64,000 nucleotides of DNA from IMG/VR virus record IMGVR_UViG_3300038443_002533, positions 64,001 to 128,000 of that record. The stretch is one strand, 5' to 3'. The notes beneath the pieces are model-generated. The model searched no databases and had not been told where the DNA came from. It was given only the letters and a program-made list of their open reading frames with translations. The position numbers and the translations under genes were made by a program. The DNA is from a virus (taxonomy: Duplodnaviria > Caudoviricetes). Below, one piece after another: positions 19,219-28,060 of this stretch (position 1 is the stretch's first letter; every line of letters begins with the position of its first letter).

Positions 19219-20853
19219 CTAAGGACGCTGTTGGATTTGCTGGGTCTTTTGGTAAAGGAGGTTGGTAAAAACCGAGACCGGATCGAGCGGGATGATGTTC
19301 TCGAACCGCGGCTTGACTTGGTCGGCTTCTTCCGGATGGACTTGCGGCACGCCGATCAACGCGACCACGGCATCGTTGATGTAACCTTGCACCGTCTCGT
19401 AATACTTGGCACGGGTGGCATCGTCACCCGACAGACTGCTGATCGTATTTTCGATGGTGGTCACATCGCGGATCGCCTGATCCTTACCTTGTTGCTTCGG
19501 ATCGGGCAGGTCGATCGATTCGATCCAGTGCACGTACTGGCGCATCGAGGTGGCCTTGGCGCGGTCGAAGATCATGTCGTTGCGTTGCTTTTCCGACAGG
19601 TCTTGGGTGAAGGCTTGGTTGACCGCGAAGACCAGTTCGTCGACCCAGCGCTGACCAGCGTTCAGGTACTCGTCCACGGTCGGCACACGCATGGTGACAC
19701 CGACCTTGGCGTTGAGCATGATCGACTTGGGTTTACCACGGGTGAAATGCTCGCGGTAAATCTTCAGCGATTCCGGACTCATCGATGCTGTGCGACGCTG
19801 ACTCATGTGCTTGATTTGCCAGTCGTTCAAGCTGCTGCTGTCCACACGCAGGCAGGTGCCGACGTTGAGCAGTTCTTGCACGACTTTGCTCTGGGTGCCG
19901 TTGGCGTCGAGCAGGGCCCGTTTGAACTGGAAGCCACGCGGGTACAGGGCGCACGCCAGACCCCACGCGATGATCGGGATATCCAGCGCACTGATGTTAG
20001 CACGGATGACTTCGACGGTATTGAAACCGTTGACCGACGTCTCGTACAGATTGCGCATGGCCAGATCGAACACTGCGCCTTGGCTGACCACGGTGTGGTT
20101 GGCGAATGCCAGGCCGTTGCTGGAGCGACCGAACACGATCTTGTTTTCGCTGATGGTTTGCAGCGTGTCGAGCAGATCGATCTCGCCCGGCTTTTTCAGG
20201 GTGAGCCAGAACCCGGAATGCCAGAGCGGAATCGACATGATCGAACCACGTCCCATCAGCGCATTGACGCGCAGCATCGCACGTTCGCCCGTCAGGAGCG
20301 GGCCGTTGTCTTCACCCAGACGTGGCTCCGCGATTGAGAGCGGACGCTGGGCGTCGGACATGATCTGTTGTTGCCACTGGGCGCCTTCGCGCTTGGTGGC
20401 CGCCAGCAGGCTGTCGTGGAACGAACCATTGTCCAGACCTTCGGAAATGGTGTCTGCCCATTCGATACCTTTGTCAGTGGTGACCAGGTCTTGGCCGTGG
20501 GGGTTGGTGGCACCGTAATTCATGGTGCGCGCCCCCGTGTCGGGCGGCAGCGCGATGATGGTCGCCAGGTCATCCCACTTGTCTTCCGCGATCGGCGTGA
20601 AGTATTCCTTGTCGGTGGTGGCGTTGTTCAGGGGCGTCGGTGCCGGCCACGTGAACTTGTCATCCACGTCCGCGCTATCGGTCGGTGCAGCGGTAGCGGG
20701 TGTGGTTTCCGCGACAGGTTCCGCCGATGCTGCCGGGGTGTCGACGGGATCCGGGGTGGCCACTTGGGTCGTATCCGTGATCGAAGTGGCGCCGACGGCT
20801 TCGTCGATTTGTTCGATACCGCTATCGGGCGGCGTATTGGTGATGTCGGTCAT
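19219..20853 (-). CDS. Conserved phiKZ-like protein (gp77 region), possibly T4 gp26-like hub chaperone
   Basis: 544 aa, acidic P/A/T N-tail; SIMLNAKVGVTMRVPT echoes the gp26 motif. Confidence 0.55.
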   Translation of the reverse strand: MTDITNTPPDSGIEQIDEAVGATSITDTTQVATPDPVDTPAASAEPVAETTPATAAPTDSADVDDKFTWPAPTPLNNATTDKEYFTPIAEDKWDDLATIIALPPDTGARTMNYGATNPHGQDLVTTDKGIEWADTISEGLDNGSFHDSLLAATKREGAQWQQQIMSDAQRPLSIAEPRLGEDNGPLLTGERAMLRVNALMGRGSIMSIPLWHSGFWLTLKKPGEIDLLDTLQTISENKIVFGRSSNGLAFANHTVVSQGAVFDLAMRNLYETSVNGFNTVEVIRANISALDIPIIAWGLACALYPRGFQFKRALLDANGTQSKVVQELLNVGTCLRVDSSSLNDWQIKHMSQRRTASMSPESLKIYREHFTRGKPKSIMLNAKVGVTMRVPTVDEYLNAGQRWVDELVFAVNQAFTQDLSEKQRNDMIFDRAKATSMRQYVHWIESIDLPDPKQQGKDQAIRDVTTIENTISSLSGDDATRAKYYETVQGYINDAVVALIGVPQVHPEEADQVKPRFENIIPLDPVSVFTNLLYQKTQQIQQRP

Positions 20854-20859
20854 GGCGGT

Positions 20860-21447
20860 TTAAACGTTGATGGCCGGTTGTTCGTACGGATTGGCGGCCG
20901 CGATAGCGGTCTCGGTCACCGGGGCTTCTGCCGGCACTTGGGCCAGCGGTTGTTGATCCAGCGCGTTGGCGGTCGCGAGCGCTTGCGCGTGCGCGGCTTG
21001 CTTGGCGGCGACGGCGCGATTCAGGTGGTCGTCGAGTTCCAGCATCATCGGCAGCAGGACTTGCTGGTGCACGCCCATGAACACCATGTAATTCTGTTGG
21101 ATCTGCATGGTGTGGAAATACTCGTCTTCGTCCTCCGGATTGCCGTAGCCGGTCTTGCCTTCGTGCAGCTTCTTGTTGGCGGCCACCTTGTCCATCAGAT
21201 CGCCGAGGTCGACGTCGAGACCGCGCATCAGCAGATTGACGCGCTCGATGTCGGCATAGAACGGGATGATTTCTTTGTTCGTGAGCAGTTCCACCAGGTT
21301 GCGGTATTGCTCGAACAAGCTCATCTGGTTACGATGCATGACGTTGAGGGAATCGTAGATCCCTTCGATCCCTTGGTGTTTGGCCTCGGCCTTTACTTGC
21401 GCTTTCGCGGCGTCGCGTTGTACGCGCCCTTGACTTTTCTTGGTCAT
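20860..21447 (-). CDS. Hypothetical helical protein
   Basis: 195 aa, typical codon usage. Confidence 0.65.
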   Translation of the reverse strand: MTKKSQGRVQRDAAKAQVKAEAKHQGIEGIYDSLNVMHRNQMSLFEQYRNLVELLTNKEIIPFYADIERVNLLMRGLDVDLGDLMDKVAANKKLHEGKTGYGNPEDEDEYFHTMQIQQNYMVFMGVHQQVLLPMMLELDDHLNRAVAAKQAAHAQALATANALDQQPLAQVPAEAPVTETAIAAANPYEQPAINV

Positions 21448-21657
21448 GTCCCTAGCTCCGAAACTTCATGTGTAATAAACTGCCATGAAAGACACTATGT
21501 CTTTCGCATAAAAGCCTTGATTTAAGGCAACTGTCAGACCATGGCAACAGATAAATATTTTTTTACATTAATGAAACACGCGAATGTGTGTCAGAGAATG
21601 GGTGCGCGATCCTCATCATTTGACCCCGCTTTTCCCTTTCTTACAAGGTGAACCATT

Positions 21658-22497
21658 ATGCTAGATTTGTTAAGTGACTTTCTCGCGAGCCAGACCTCGG
21701 CCGAAGAGAAAGCCATGTTGCAAGCTGCGGACGACGTTTTGCAGCGTGCTGAGATTGAATACGAACACATCCTTGAAGAAATCCTGATGACCGCGGAAGA
21801 GCTGGATTCGGGTGCCCCGCTTCTGGAGATTCGGAATGTGTACCAACGTGGTTTGAATTATCTGCTGGCCTTGCATGCCGTGACGTTGGTAGACGCGGCC
21901 ACGCTACCGCAAAAGACTGAGATCGTGGCTGGTTTGCTGACGATCGACAATACCGAAAACCCCCAGCAGTTCTTCAAGATCGCCGATGAAGAAATGCGCG
22001 CGAACGAAAAGCTCGCCGAGATCTTGTCGCGGGTGATGACGTGGTCGGCTGATCAACTGCTGCAACTGATCGATGACGTCTCGGACACGTTCTTCCTGCG
22101 TCTCAAAGACAGCCATCGGGCTGAGCTGGAACAAGAGGACGACGGGGAATTGCATGAACGCCGGGAACGGATTCACGCTTACCGTCTGTTCGAGATATAT
22201 CTGCAAGCGCTGGGGGCGAACATCATCCAAGTGCCGAGCCTGCTCGCCCAAGGGATTCAACCGGGGATGACGTATGAACTCTACGCCAAGCTCATCGATG
22301 GCCGTCAGCCGATCCTCACCATGCCGGGCTACCAAATCGCCCGTGAGTTGTTCGCAGCAGCGTTGATCTCGCGCGACGGCTATGGGAATCCCGGTGAAAC
22401 TGTCAAGGCCAGCCTAGAACAATTCATCCCGGACTTGAAACTGATCTCGGACACCATGATCGAAGTCCGGCAACTCATGACGGGATACGCCAAATGA
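21658..22497 (+). CDS. Conserved hypothetical acidic helical protein
   Basis: 279 aa, SD AAGGTG, ATGA overlap with the vRNAP gene. Confidence 0.65.
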   Translation: MLDLLSDFLASQTSAEEKAMLQAADDVLQRAEIEYEHILEEILMTAEELDSGAPLLEIRNVYQRGLNYLLALHAVTLVDAATLPQKTEIVAGLLTIDNTENPQQFFKIADEEMRANEKLAEILSRVMTWSADQLLQLIDDVSDTFFLRLKDSHRAELEQEDDGELHERRERIHAYRLFEIYLQALGANIIQVPSLLAQGIQPGMTYELYAKLIDGRQPILTMPGYQIARELFAAALISRDGYGNPGETVKASLEQFIPDLKLISDTMIEVRQLMTGYAK

Positions 22498-23825
22498 AAC
22501 GTGAAGACTTTTTCCTAGCCGCGATGCGGGCGGAAATGTATCGCCACAAGAACTGGGTGATCAGTGCATTCGCCGTCATCCAAGAAGGCCCAGACGCCTA
22601 CAAGGCGGATCCTTACGCCTACCGCATCGTCCAACAACCTACCGGGGTGTTCTTCGTCGATCCCGAGAACCCGGGTACCCTGGTCCCGCTGGAAGACACC
22701 CAAGTCGGACAACCGCCGTTTAATAAGGCGGACAAGCTCCGCCTGAAGGCCGGCGATTTGCCGAACGTCTTGAATGATCTGGAAACCAGCTACGGCAACG
22801 TGTTGGCCAATGGGATTTTGCTGGTCTACCCCTTCAAGGACAAGATCCCGTTTATCCAAGGCCGGATGAAACCGGACAAGATCGAAGACTTGATCCTGCC
22901 GCGCCTGCAAGATGATCCGGCCCCGGGTCAAGCCATGACCGCCAGTGGCCGTGCGGCGCCGATCTACGTGCAGGAATACCTGAAGTTCGCCAACGCCATG
23001 ACGTATATCTCGGGCTTTGCGAACCTGTGGGTGACTGCGGGTACCGAGAAAGCGCTGCTGCCGCCACCGGGACTGAAGGAATTTAAAGCGGCGCTGTTTA
23101 AGAAGTACAACATCGACCCGAACAATCCGAATGTCGACCCCGGTGTGGTCGCACAGATCGCCAAAGAACTGCGCGAGTTGGATAAGGAGTGGCTGAAGGA
23201 TGACGACACGCTCAACTTTCTGATCAAGTCCAAGTCGTTCGAGGTGGTGCGTGCCAAGAAGTTCTTGATGGTCGGTGCTGAAGCCGGTCTGGGCGATGGC
23301 CAAGACATGGAACTGGTGCCGAACTCGTTGGATGAAGGTTGGGACATCAACAAGCTCCCGGCTATGGTGAACAACCTGCGCGCCGGTTCGTTTAACCGTG
23401 GCGCTGAAACCATGCGCGGCGGTGAAGCAGTGAAGTGGTTGCAACGCGCTTCGTCCAACATCAACATCCTGCCCGGGGATTGCGGTACCAAACTCGGTAA
23501 GGTGCTGACGCTGACACCGGAGCTGCGTAAGAAGTATCTGAACTTCAGTGCACTGGTCGATGGTAATACCACGGTGCGGCTGACGGAAGAGGTGATTGAC
23601 CAGTACATGGGTAAGAAGCTCATGATGCGCTCACCGATGTATTGCATTCACCCGCACACCGACTACTGCGCGACGTGCGTCGGTCCACGACTGGAAGAGA
23701 ACCCCACGGGGTCGTCCTCCGCGATTGCTGACTTTGGTTCGACCATTATGCTGATGTTCATGAAAGCGAACCACGGTAAAGCACTGCTGTTGAACAAATA
23801 CGACTACAAATTGCGTATTCTCTGA
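22494..23825 (+). CDS. Virion RNA polymerase beta' C-terminal subunit (phiKZ gp80-like)
   Basis: GSFNRG, DCGTKLG, RSPMYC...YCATCVG Zn motif, MKANHG trigger-loop motif. Confidence 0.88.
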   Translation: MKREDFFLAAMRAEMYRHKNWVISAFAVIQEGPDAYKADPYAYRIVQQPTGVFFVDPENPGTLVPLEDTQVGQPPFNKADKLRLKAGDLPNVLNDLETSYGNVLANGILLVYPFKDKIPFIQGRMKPDKIEDLILPRLQDDPAPGQAMTASGRAAPIYVQEYLKFANAMTYISGFANLWVTAGTEKALLPPPGLKEFKAALFKKYNIDPNNPNVDPGVVAQIAKELRELDKEWLKDDDTLNFLIKSKSFEVVRAKKFLMVGAEAGLGDGQDMELVPNSLDEGWDINKLPAMVNNLRAGSFNRGAETMRGGEAVKWLQRASSNINILPGDCGTKLGKVLTLTPELRKKYLNFSALVDGNTTVRLTEEVIDQYMGKKLMMRSPMYCIHPHTDYCATCVGPRLEENPTGSSSAIADFGSTIMLMFMKANHGKALLLNKYDYKLRIL

Positions 23826-23849
23826 ACCTATTTCAAGATGGAGTAATGT

Positions 23850-24617
23850 ATGGGCAGCAAGTCCAAAAATCGCCAACAAGCCAAAAAGGAAACCAACATG
23901 CAACCGAATCCGTACGAAGACGTGCAACCGATCGTCAGCCCGGCCACGAACGCACCGGGCGACAACGCGGCCGGCGATGCCGGTGACACCAGCGAACCGA
24001 AAGGTGACGGCGCCGAAGGCGTCGAAGGCGTCGAAGGCAACAAGCCGGCCGATACGAGCACGGACGCTGTTGCTGAACAACCGGCTGAACCTGTCGCCGA
24101 AGCAGCACCTGCACCTGCGCCAGTCGAGATCCCGGTCGGCTTCGCCAAAGCCCTGCCGGTGCTGGACGATCCGTATCAACTGCCGCTGTCCTGTGCGCCG
24201 GCTTCGCAGATCGTGATCCAGGAACTGAAGGACTACATCGCCGCGATGTCGGCCAAGATCCGCATGCCGAACGACCAAGGCGGCCAGATCCAGATGAACC
24301 TGTATCACACCCTGATGCAGATCATCAACACCCGCCCCGAAGACTTCGACGCCGTGTTCAGCCTGGCTATGAAACTCATCCACGACAACCTGAAAGGGGT
24401 GTTCAGCGACGAGAACATGCACCGCTATACGCCACACGTCTCGATGCCGTCGAAACTGATGGCGCACTTCCGCTACCTGCTGTCGGCCCTGACCGCCCTG
24501 GCAGCGCCGCAGACGCGTCAACTCGCCCTGCGCCAAGTCAACCTGGCACAAGCGTTCCAGCATCCGCGTATCAAGGAAGACGCACGCCAACGCGTGTTCA
24601 ACTACTTCAACGTGTAA
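23850..24617 (+). CDS. Hypothetical protein: acidic P/A/E N-terminal stalk plus ~140-aa helical domain (paralogue 1)
   Basis: C-domain aligns with that of 24759-26042 (EL.DY...GGQ.Q..LY.TL.Q...FDAVF...HR.TPH). Confidence 0.75.
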   Translation: MGSKSKNRQQAKKETNMQPNPYEDVQPIVSPATNAPGDNAAGDAGDTSEPKGDGAEGVEGVEGNKPADTSTDAVAEQPAEPVAEAAPAPAPVEIPVGFAKALPVLDDPYQLPLSCAPASQIVIQELKDYIAAMSAKIRMPNDQGGQIQMNLYHTLMQIINTRPEDFDAVFSLAMKLIHDNLKGVFSDENMHRYTPHVSMPSKLMAHFRYLLSALTALAAPQTRQLALRQVNLAQAFQHPRIKEDARQRVFNYFNV

Positions 24618-24624
24618 TCTGGCC

Positions 24625-24657
24625 AACCCTGCCGACCTTCGGGTCGGTGGGGTTATG
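24625..24657 (+). terminator. UUCG stem-loop followed by TATG(CC)
   Basis: 13-bp stem 24625-24637/24642-24654. Confidence 0.7.
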
Positions 24658-24679
24658 CCGTTATTAATTTGGCTAAAAT

Positions 24680-24688
24680 AAAATTTAC
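24680..24688 (+). promoter_or_regulatory. Possible phiKZ-type middle promoter (AAanntTAC)
   Basis: AAAATTTAC in the AT-rich gap before 24759; single short match. Confidence 0.3.
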
Positions 24689-24758
24689 TTGGATATCCTT
24701 TGAGCCCATGGAGAGGCCGCTCATCCACCATATTCCACAACCCTCAAAAGGAAGTAAC

Positions 24759-26042
24759 ATGAGTGACGAAAACCAAACCCCGGTGTCCGAGACGCCGACC
24801 GACAACACGCCTGCTGCTGAAGACACCACCCCGGCCACCGCCGACACGACCACCCAAGACGCTGCCCCGGCAACGGACAGCACTGCTGCTCCCGAAACCA
24901 CCGACACCGCTCCGGCCCCGGCCGAACAACCGACGGCTGACGCGGCCCCAGCAGCTGAAGAACCGGCCGCCGATCCGGCGCCGACCACGACCGAAGATGC
25001 TCCGGAACCCACGGACGAACAGCACGACGCTCCGGCAGAAGCACCTGTCGTCGCTGAAACCCCGGTGGCTGAATCGGAACCGGCCGCCGAGACGAATGCT
25101 CCCGATGCTGCGCCCGTCGACGTCGTGACCGACACCCCGGTCACCGAAGAAGCCGCTCCTTCCGCCGAACCGGAAGCTGCTCCCGCTGTCGAAGTGGCAA
25201 CGGAACCTGCACCGGTCGAAGTGGCTGACGCTGCACCCCAAGTTGACCCGGCTCCGGTCGAAGTTGCCCCCACGGCAGACGTCCCCGCAGCACCGGCCGA
25301 TGCAGTGGCCAACACTCCAGTGGTCGCTGATCCGGCCCCCGCGCCGGTCGTCGATACCCCGGTCACCCCGGCACCTGCTCCCGAAGCTGAACAGCCTGCT
25401 CCGGCCGTCGATACCCCGGCTGAGCCGGCACCTGTCGTGGAAACCCCCGTCGAAACCACGCCGGTGGCTGACCCGGTACCCGTGACCGATACGCCTGCGG
25501 CACCGGTGGTGGAAGCACCCGCTCCTGTCGAAACCCCTGCTCCGGTCGAAGCTCCGGTGGCAACGCCTGTCGTCGATGCTCCTGTCCCGACGCCGGCACC
25601 GGCCGCCGATGCACCGCTGTCGCCGGCCAACAACATCAGCATCATCGAACTGAACGACTACGTGACGTTCATGAACACGCCGGTCCCGCCGACGGCCGAA
25701 GAAGGTGGTCAATACCAGGCCAGCCTGTACGCGACGCTGCTGCAAGTGCTGCACGCCGAAGAAGCGGAATTCGACGCCGTGTTCGGTGCGATGCTGCGTG
25801 TCCTGCACAAGCACAGCAACCACGTGTTCAACAGCATCAACCTGCATCGTTTCACGCCGCACTCGAACCTGGGTCAAGCCGAATCGACGCACATGACGCA
25901 TCTGCTGTCGGCTCTGGTGGATCTGGCCGATCCGGCTACGCGCGAAGCGAAGAAGCAGTTCGTCAACCTGGAACTGGCGCTGCACGCACAGCACGTGAAA
26001 GAGTTCGCCAAGCAACGCGTGCTGAAGTTCTTCAACCTGTAA
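24759..26042 (+). CDS. Hypothetical protein: ~290-aa acidic Pro/Ala/Thr/Val stalk plus helical domain (paralogue 2)
   Basis: SD AAGGAAG before ATG 24759; degenerate PAPVE(V/T) repeats. Confidence 0.78.
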   Translation: MSDENQTPVSETPTDNTPAAEDTTPATADTTTQDAAPATDSTAAPETTDTAPAPAEQPTADAAPAAEEPAADPAPTTTEDAPEPTDEQHDAPAEAPVVAETPVAESEPAAETNAPDAAPVDVVTDTPVTEEAAPSAEPEAAPAVEVATEPAPVEVADAAPQVDPAPVEVAPTADVPAAPADAVANTPVVADPAPAPVVDTPVTPAPAPEAEQPAPAVDTPAEPAPVVETPVETTPVADPVPVTDTPAAPVVEAPAPVETPAPVEAPVATPVVDAPVPTPAPAADAPLSPANNISIIELNDYVTFMNTPVPPTAEEGGQYQASLYATLLQVLHAEEAEFDAVFGAMLRVLHKHSNHVFNSINLHRFTPHSNLGQAESTHMTHLLSALVDLADPATREAKKQFVNLELALHAQHVKEFAKQRVLKFFNL

Positions 26043-26053
26043 TCGCCTGACGT

Positions 26054-26100
26054 CATAAACCCCCTCCCTCTACCCCGCTAAGGGTAGAGGGAGGTGTGCC
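26054..26100. terminator. Bidirectional stem-loop flanked by CATA and TGTGCC
   Basis: 13-bp stem 26063-26075/26082-26094 between convergent genes. Confidence 0.75.
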
Positions 26101-26103
26101 GTC

Positions 26104-27906
26104 TTAAGCGGCGAGTCGCTGGTATGAAGTCAGCACTTGATGCTCAGGAATGGTCGGCTGGTTCGGTTGGGTTTTCCGCAAGTACGCGGCGTACATCTGG
26201 TCCAAACGCGGCATCTTAAACAAATCATGTCCCACTTCCAGGGCGTTGACATGACCTCCTGCCAAATTAAAACCAATACGTCGTCGGATGTGGTCAGGAA
26301 TCCCTTCGATATAAAGCAACTCACGGTGGCAAGTGTATTTCGAAATGTTCATGCAGATACCCTCGTTCGGATAGGTACCAGCAATGTCCAAGTCACCCAC
26401 GCCAATGCGAATGTTCGAAGGCACATTGCGCATCTCTTCCAAACACTTCAGACCGTTGTCCATACACAAGTGTGCAGGCAACATCGTGATCCAACCTTTA
26501 CCGATCACGGTGCGATCGTCATTGGCATCTCGCATCGTATCCGAGGTCGAAGACAACACCCGATTCTGCGACAACAAGTCAAAGAAGAACTTGTTGCACA
26601 GCTTCTTCGGCTGTGATGGAAAGATCGCGTAATCAGACGGGCCCGAATACAGCGGGAAGTTCAGGTTCAGGTCACCGGTCTTTTCATCGAGCATCTCCAT
26701 ACCCACGCAGTCAAACACGTTATAGATCACGTATTCGAATTTGTAGAACTCTTGCATGAAGCGGTGCCAATCCCCTTCGATGAACCCATCGGCTTCGCTG
26801 AACTTGAGCTTACCACGCTTGATGTGTTTATCCATCAACGCATCGAGCTTATAGCTGGGTTCTTCTTGTTGGCCTTGACGGATCTGCCGGTAGGCGCACA
26901 TCGCATCGATAAAGTAGAACGACGCTGGTGTGGTGACCACGTGCCACTGTTCGTGAAAGCCCAGCGGTTTATGCACGCCCGATGCTGTCTCTTTGGACGA
27001 AGGGCCGATCTTGAAATTGAAGTGTTTATAATCGTCCGGCAAGGTCGGATGGGAAAACACCATGGCGGGGTCGATCCTGTCCGCTTTCAAGGCTTGGAGC
27101 ATTTTCTCCATGTCGAACTTGATGTTCCAGATCGCCAAGAAGTCAGGGCCCCATTGATGAGCTTTGTCGATAACGGCAGTGACGACCTGGCCTGCGGTAT
27201 CGACCAACTTGATTTCCCAATTGATGCCCCGCGCTTTAGCGACATCACCGAGATGATACGCAAAGCATTCCTGCAAGCGTTCTTCGATGTTGATGTGTTT
27301 CCCAAAGAAGCTGCGCTTAATCGCCGTGAAGACCCGATCCTTCATCGAGATCGTCTGCATGATGATCTCTTGCTCAGCGGAGAACATATTCGTTTCCGTG
27401 TCGGTACAGGCCACCGTGGATTTCGAATTGAGATGCGGGAACAAGTCCATGTACGCCTTTTTCAAGAGCGTGGTGGACGTGACATCGGTGCCGTACAGGT
27501 ACGGGCTACGCGACAGCTTACGTAAGCTATCACGGTCACCCGGCCAAGGCAGACCAAACCGTTTGATCGCTTTGTCCGTCTTTTCGCGCAGCTTACGCCG
27601 CACTTGCTGTTCCAATTCCGACTGGGTGCACGTTACTTCATCCAGATCGTCCATCTCCGCGAATTCGCGCTTTTCTTTGTGATTCTGTCGTCCCGTCTTC
27701 TCGATGTAAAACTTGCGTTTGAAATCTTTCCGGGTCACGACATTGGGGATGTGAATGACGCGTTCACCGTCGCGCACATGGGTCACACGCTTGATCAAAT
27801 GCAAGTCCGGCAGGCCTGGTTCGGGCGGCGGACAATACACGACGTGGCGGCATTCATGCCCAATGATGGCGTCGTTTGGAAAGTCCTTCAGTTTGTGTGA
27901 TAGCAT
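26104..27906 (-). CDS. Split family-B DNA polymerase, 3'-5' exonuclease/N-terminal subunit (phiKZ gp82-like)
   Basis: ExoI DTET, ExoII WNIKFD, ExoIII YNVFD, motif A DLDIAGTYP near C-terminus. Confidence 0.85.
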   Translation of the reverse strand: MLSHKLKDFPNDAIIGHECRHVVYCPPPEPGLPDLHLIKRVTHVRDGERVIHIPNVVTRKDFKRKFYIEKTGRQNHKEKREFAEMDDLDEVTCTQSELEQQVRRKLREKTDKAIKRFGLPWPGDRDSLRKLSRSPYLYGTDVTSTTLLKKAYMDLFPHLNSKSTVACTDTETNMFSAEQEIIMQTISMKDRVFTAIKRSFFGKHINIEERLQECFAYHLGDVAKARGINWEIKLVDTAGQVVTAVIDKAHQWGPDFLAIWNIKFDMEKMLQALKADRIDPAMVFSHPTLPDDYKHFNFKIGPSSKETASGVHKPLGFHEQWHVVTTPASFYFIDAMCAYRQIRQGQQEEPSYKLDALMDKHIKRGKLKFSEADGFIEGDWHRFMQEFYKFEYVIYNVFDCVGMEMLDEKTGDLNLNFPLYSGPSDYAIFPSQPKKLCNKFFFDLLSQNRVLSSTSDTMRDANDDRTVIGKGWITMLPAHLCMDNGLKCLEEMRNVPSNIRIGVGDLDIAGTYPNEGICMNISKYTCHRELLYIEGIPDHIRRRIGFNLAGGHVNALEVGHDLFKMPRLDQMYAAYLRKTQPNQPTIPEHQVLTSYQRLAA

Positions 27907-28060
27907 ACGCTGTGTACTTTATTGTTGATCGGTAATGCTGTGCGATATCAGTATGAATCCCCTGATAGCAGGTGAAATGTGTTGCCTTATCATGCTGAAC
28001 CAGATAATAGCACGCCCTGTTATTTTTATCTCTTCCCCCTAGGTCAACAAGGATACCACC

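Noticed and set aside
11731-23825. Cellular rpoB/rpoC locus or bacterial chromosome
   Set aside because: RNAP is in divergent split subunits in phiKZ order, with no ribosomal or housekeeping genes.
24015-24038. 9-bp tandem repeat GAAGGCGTC
   Set aside because: In-frame, under three copies, within a low-complexity stalk; no sign of phase variation.
24669-24758. Upstream TTG start for paralogue 2
   Set aside because: Lies in an AT-rich promoter-like gap; ATG 24759 has the clear SD.
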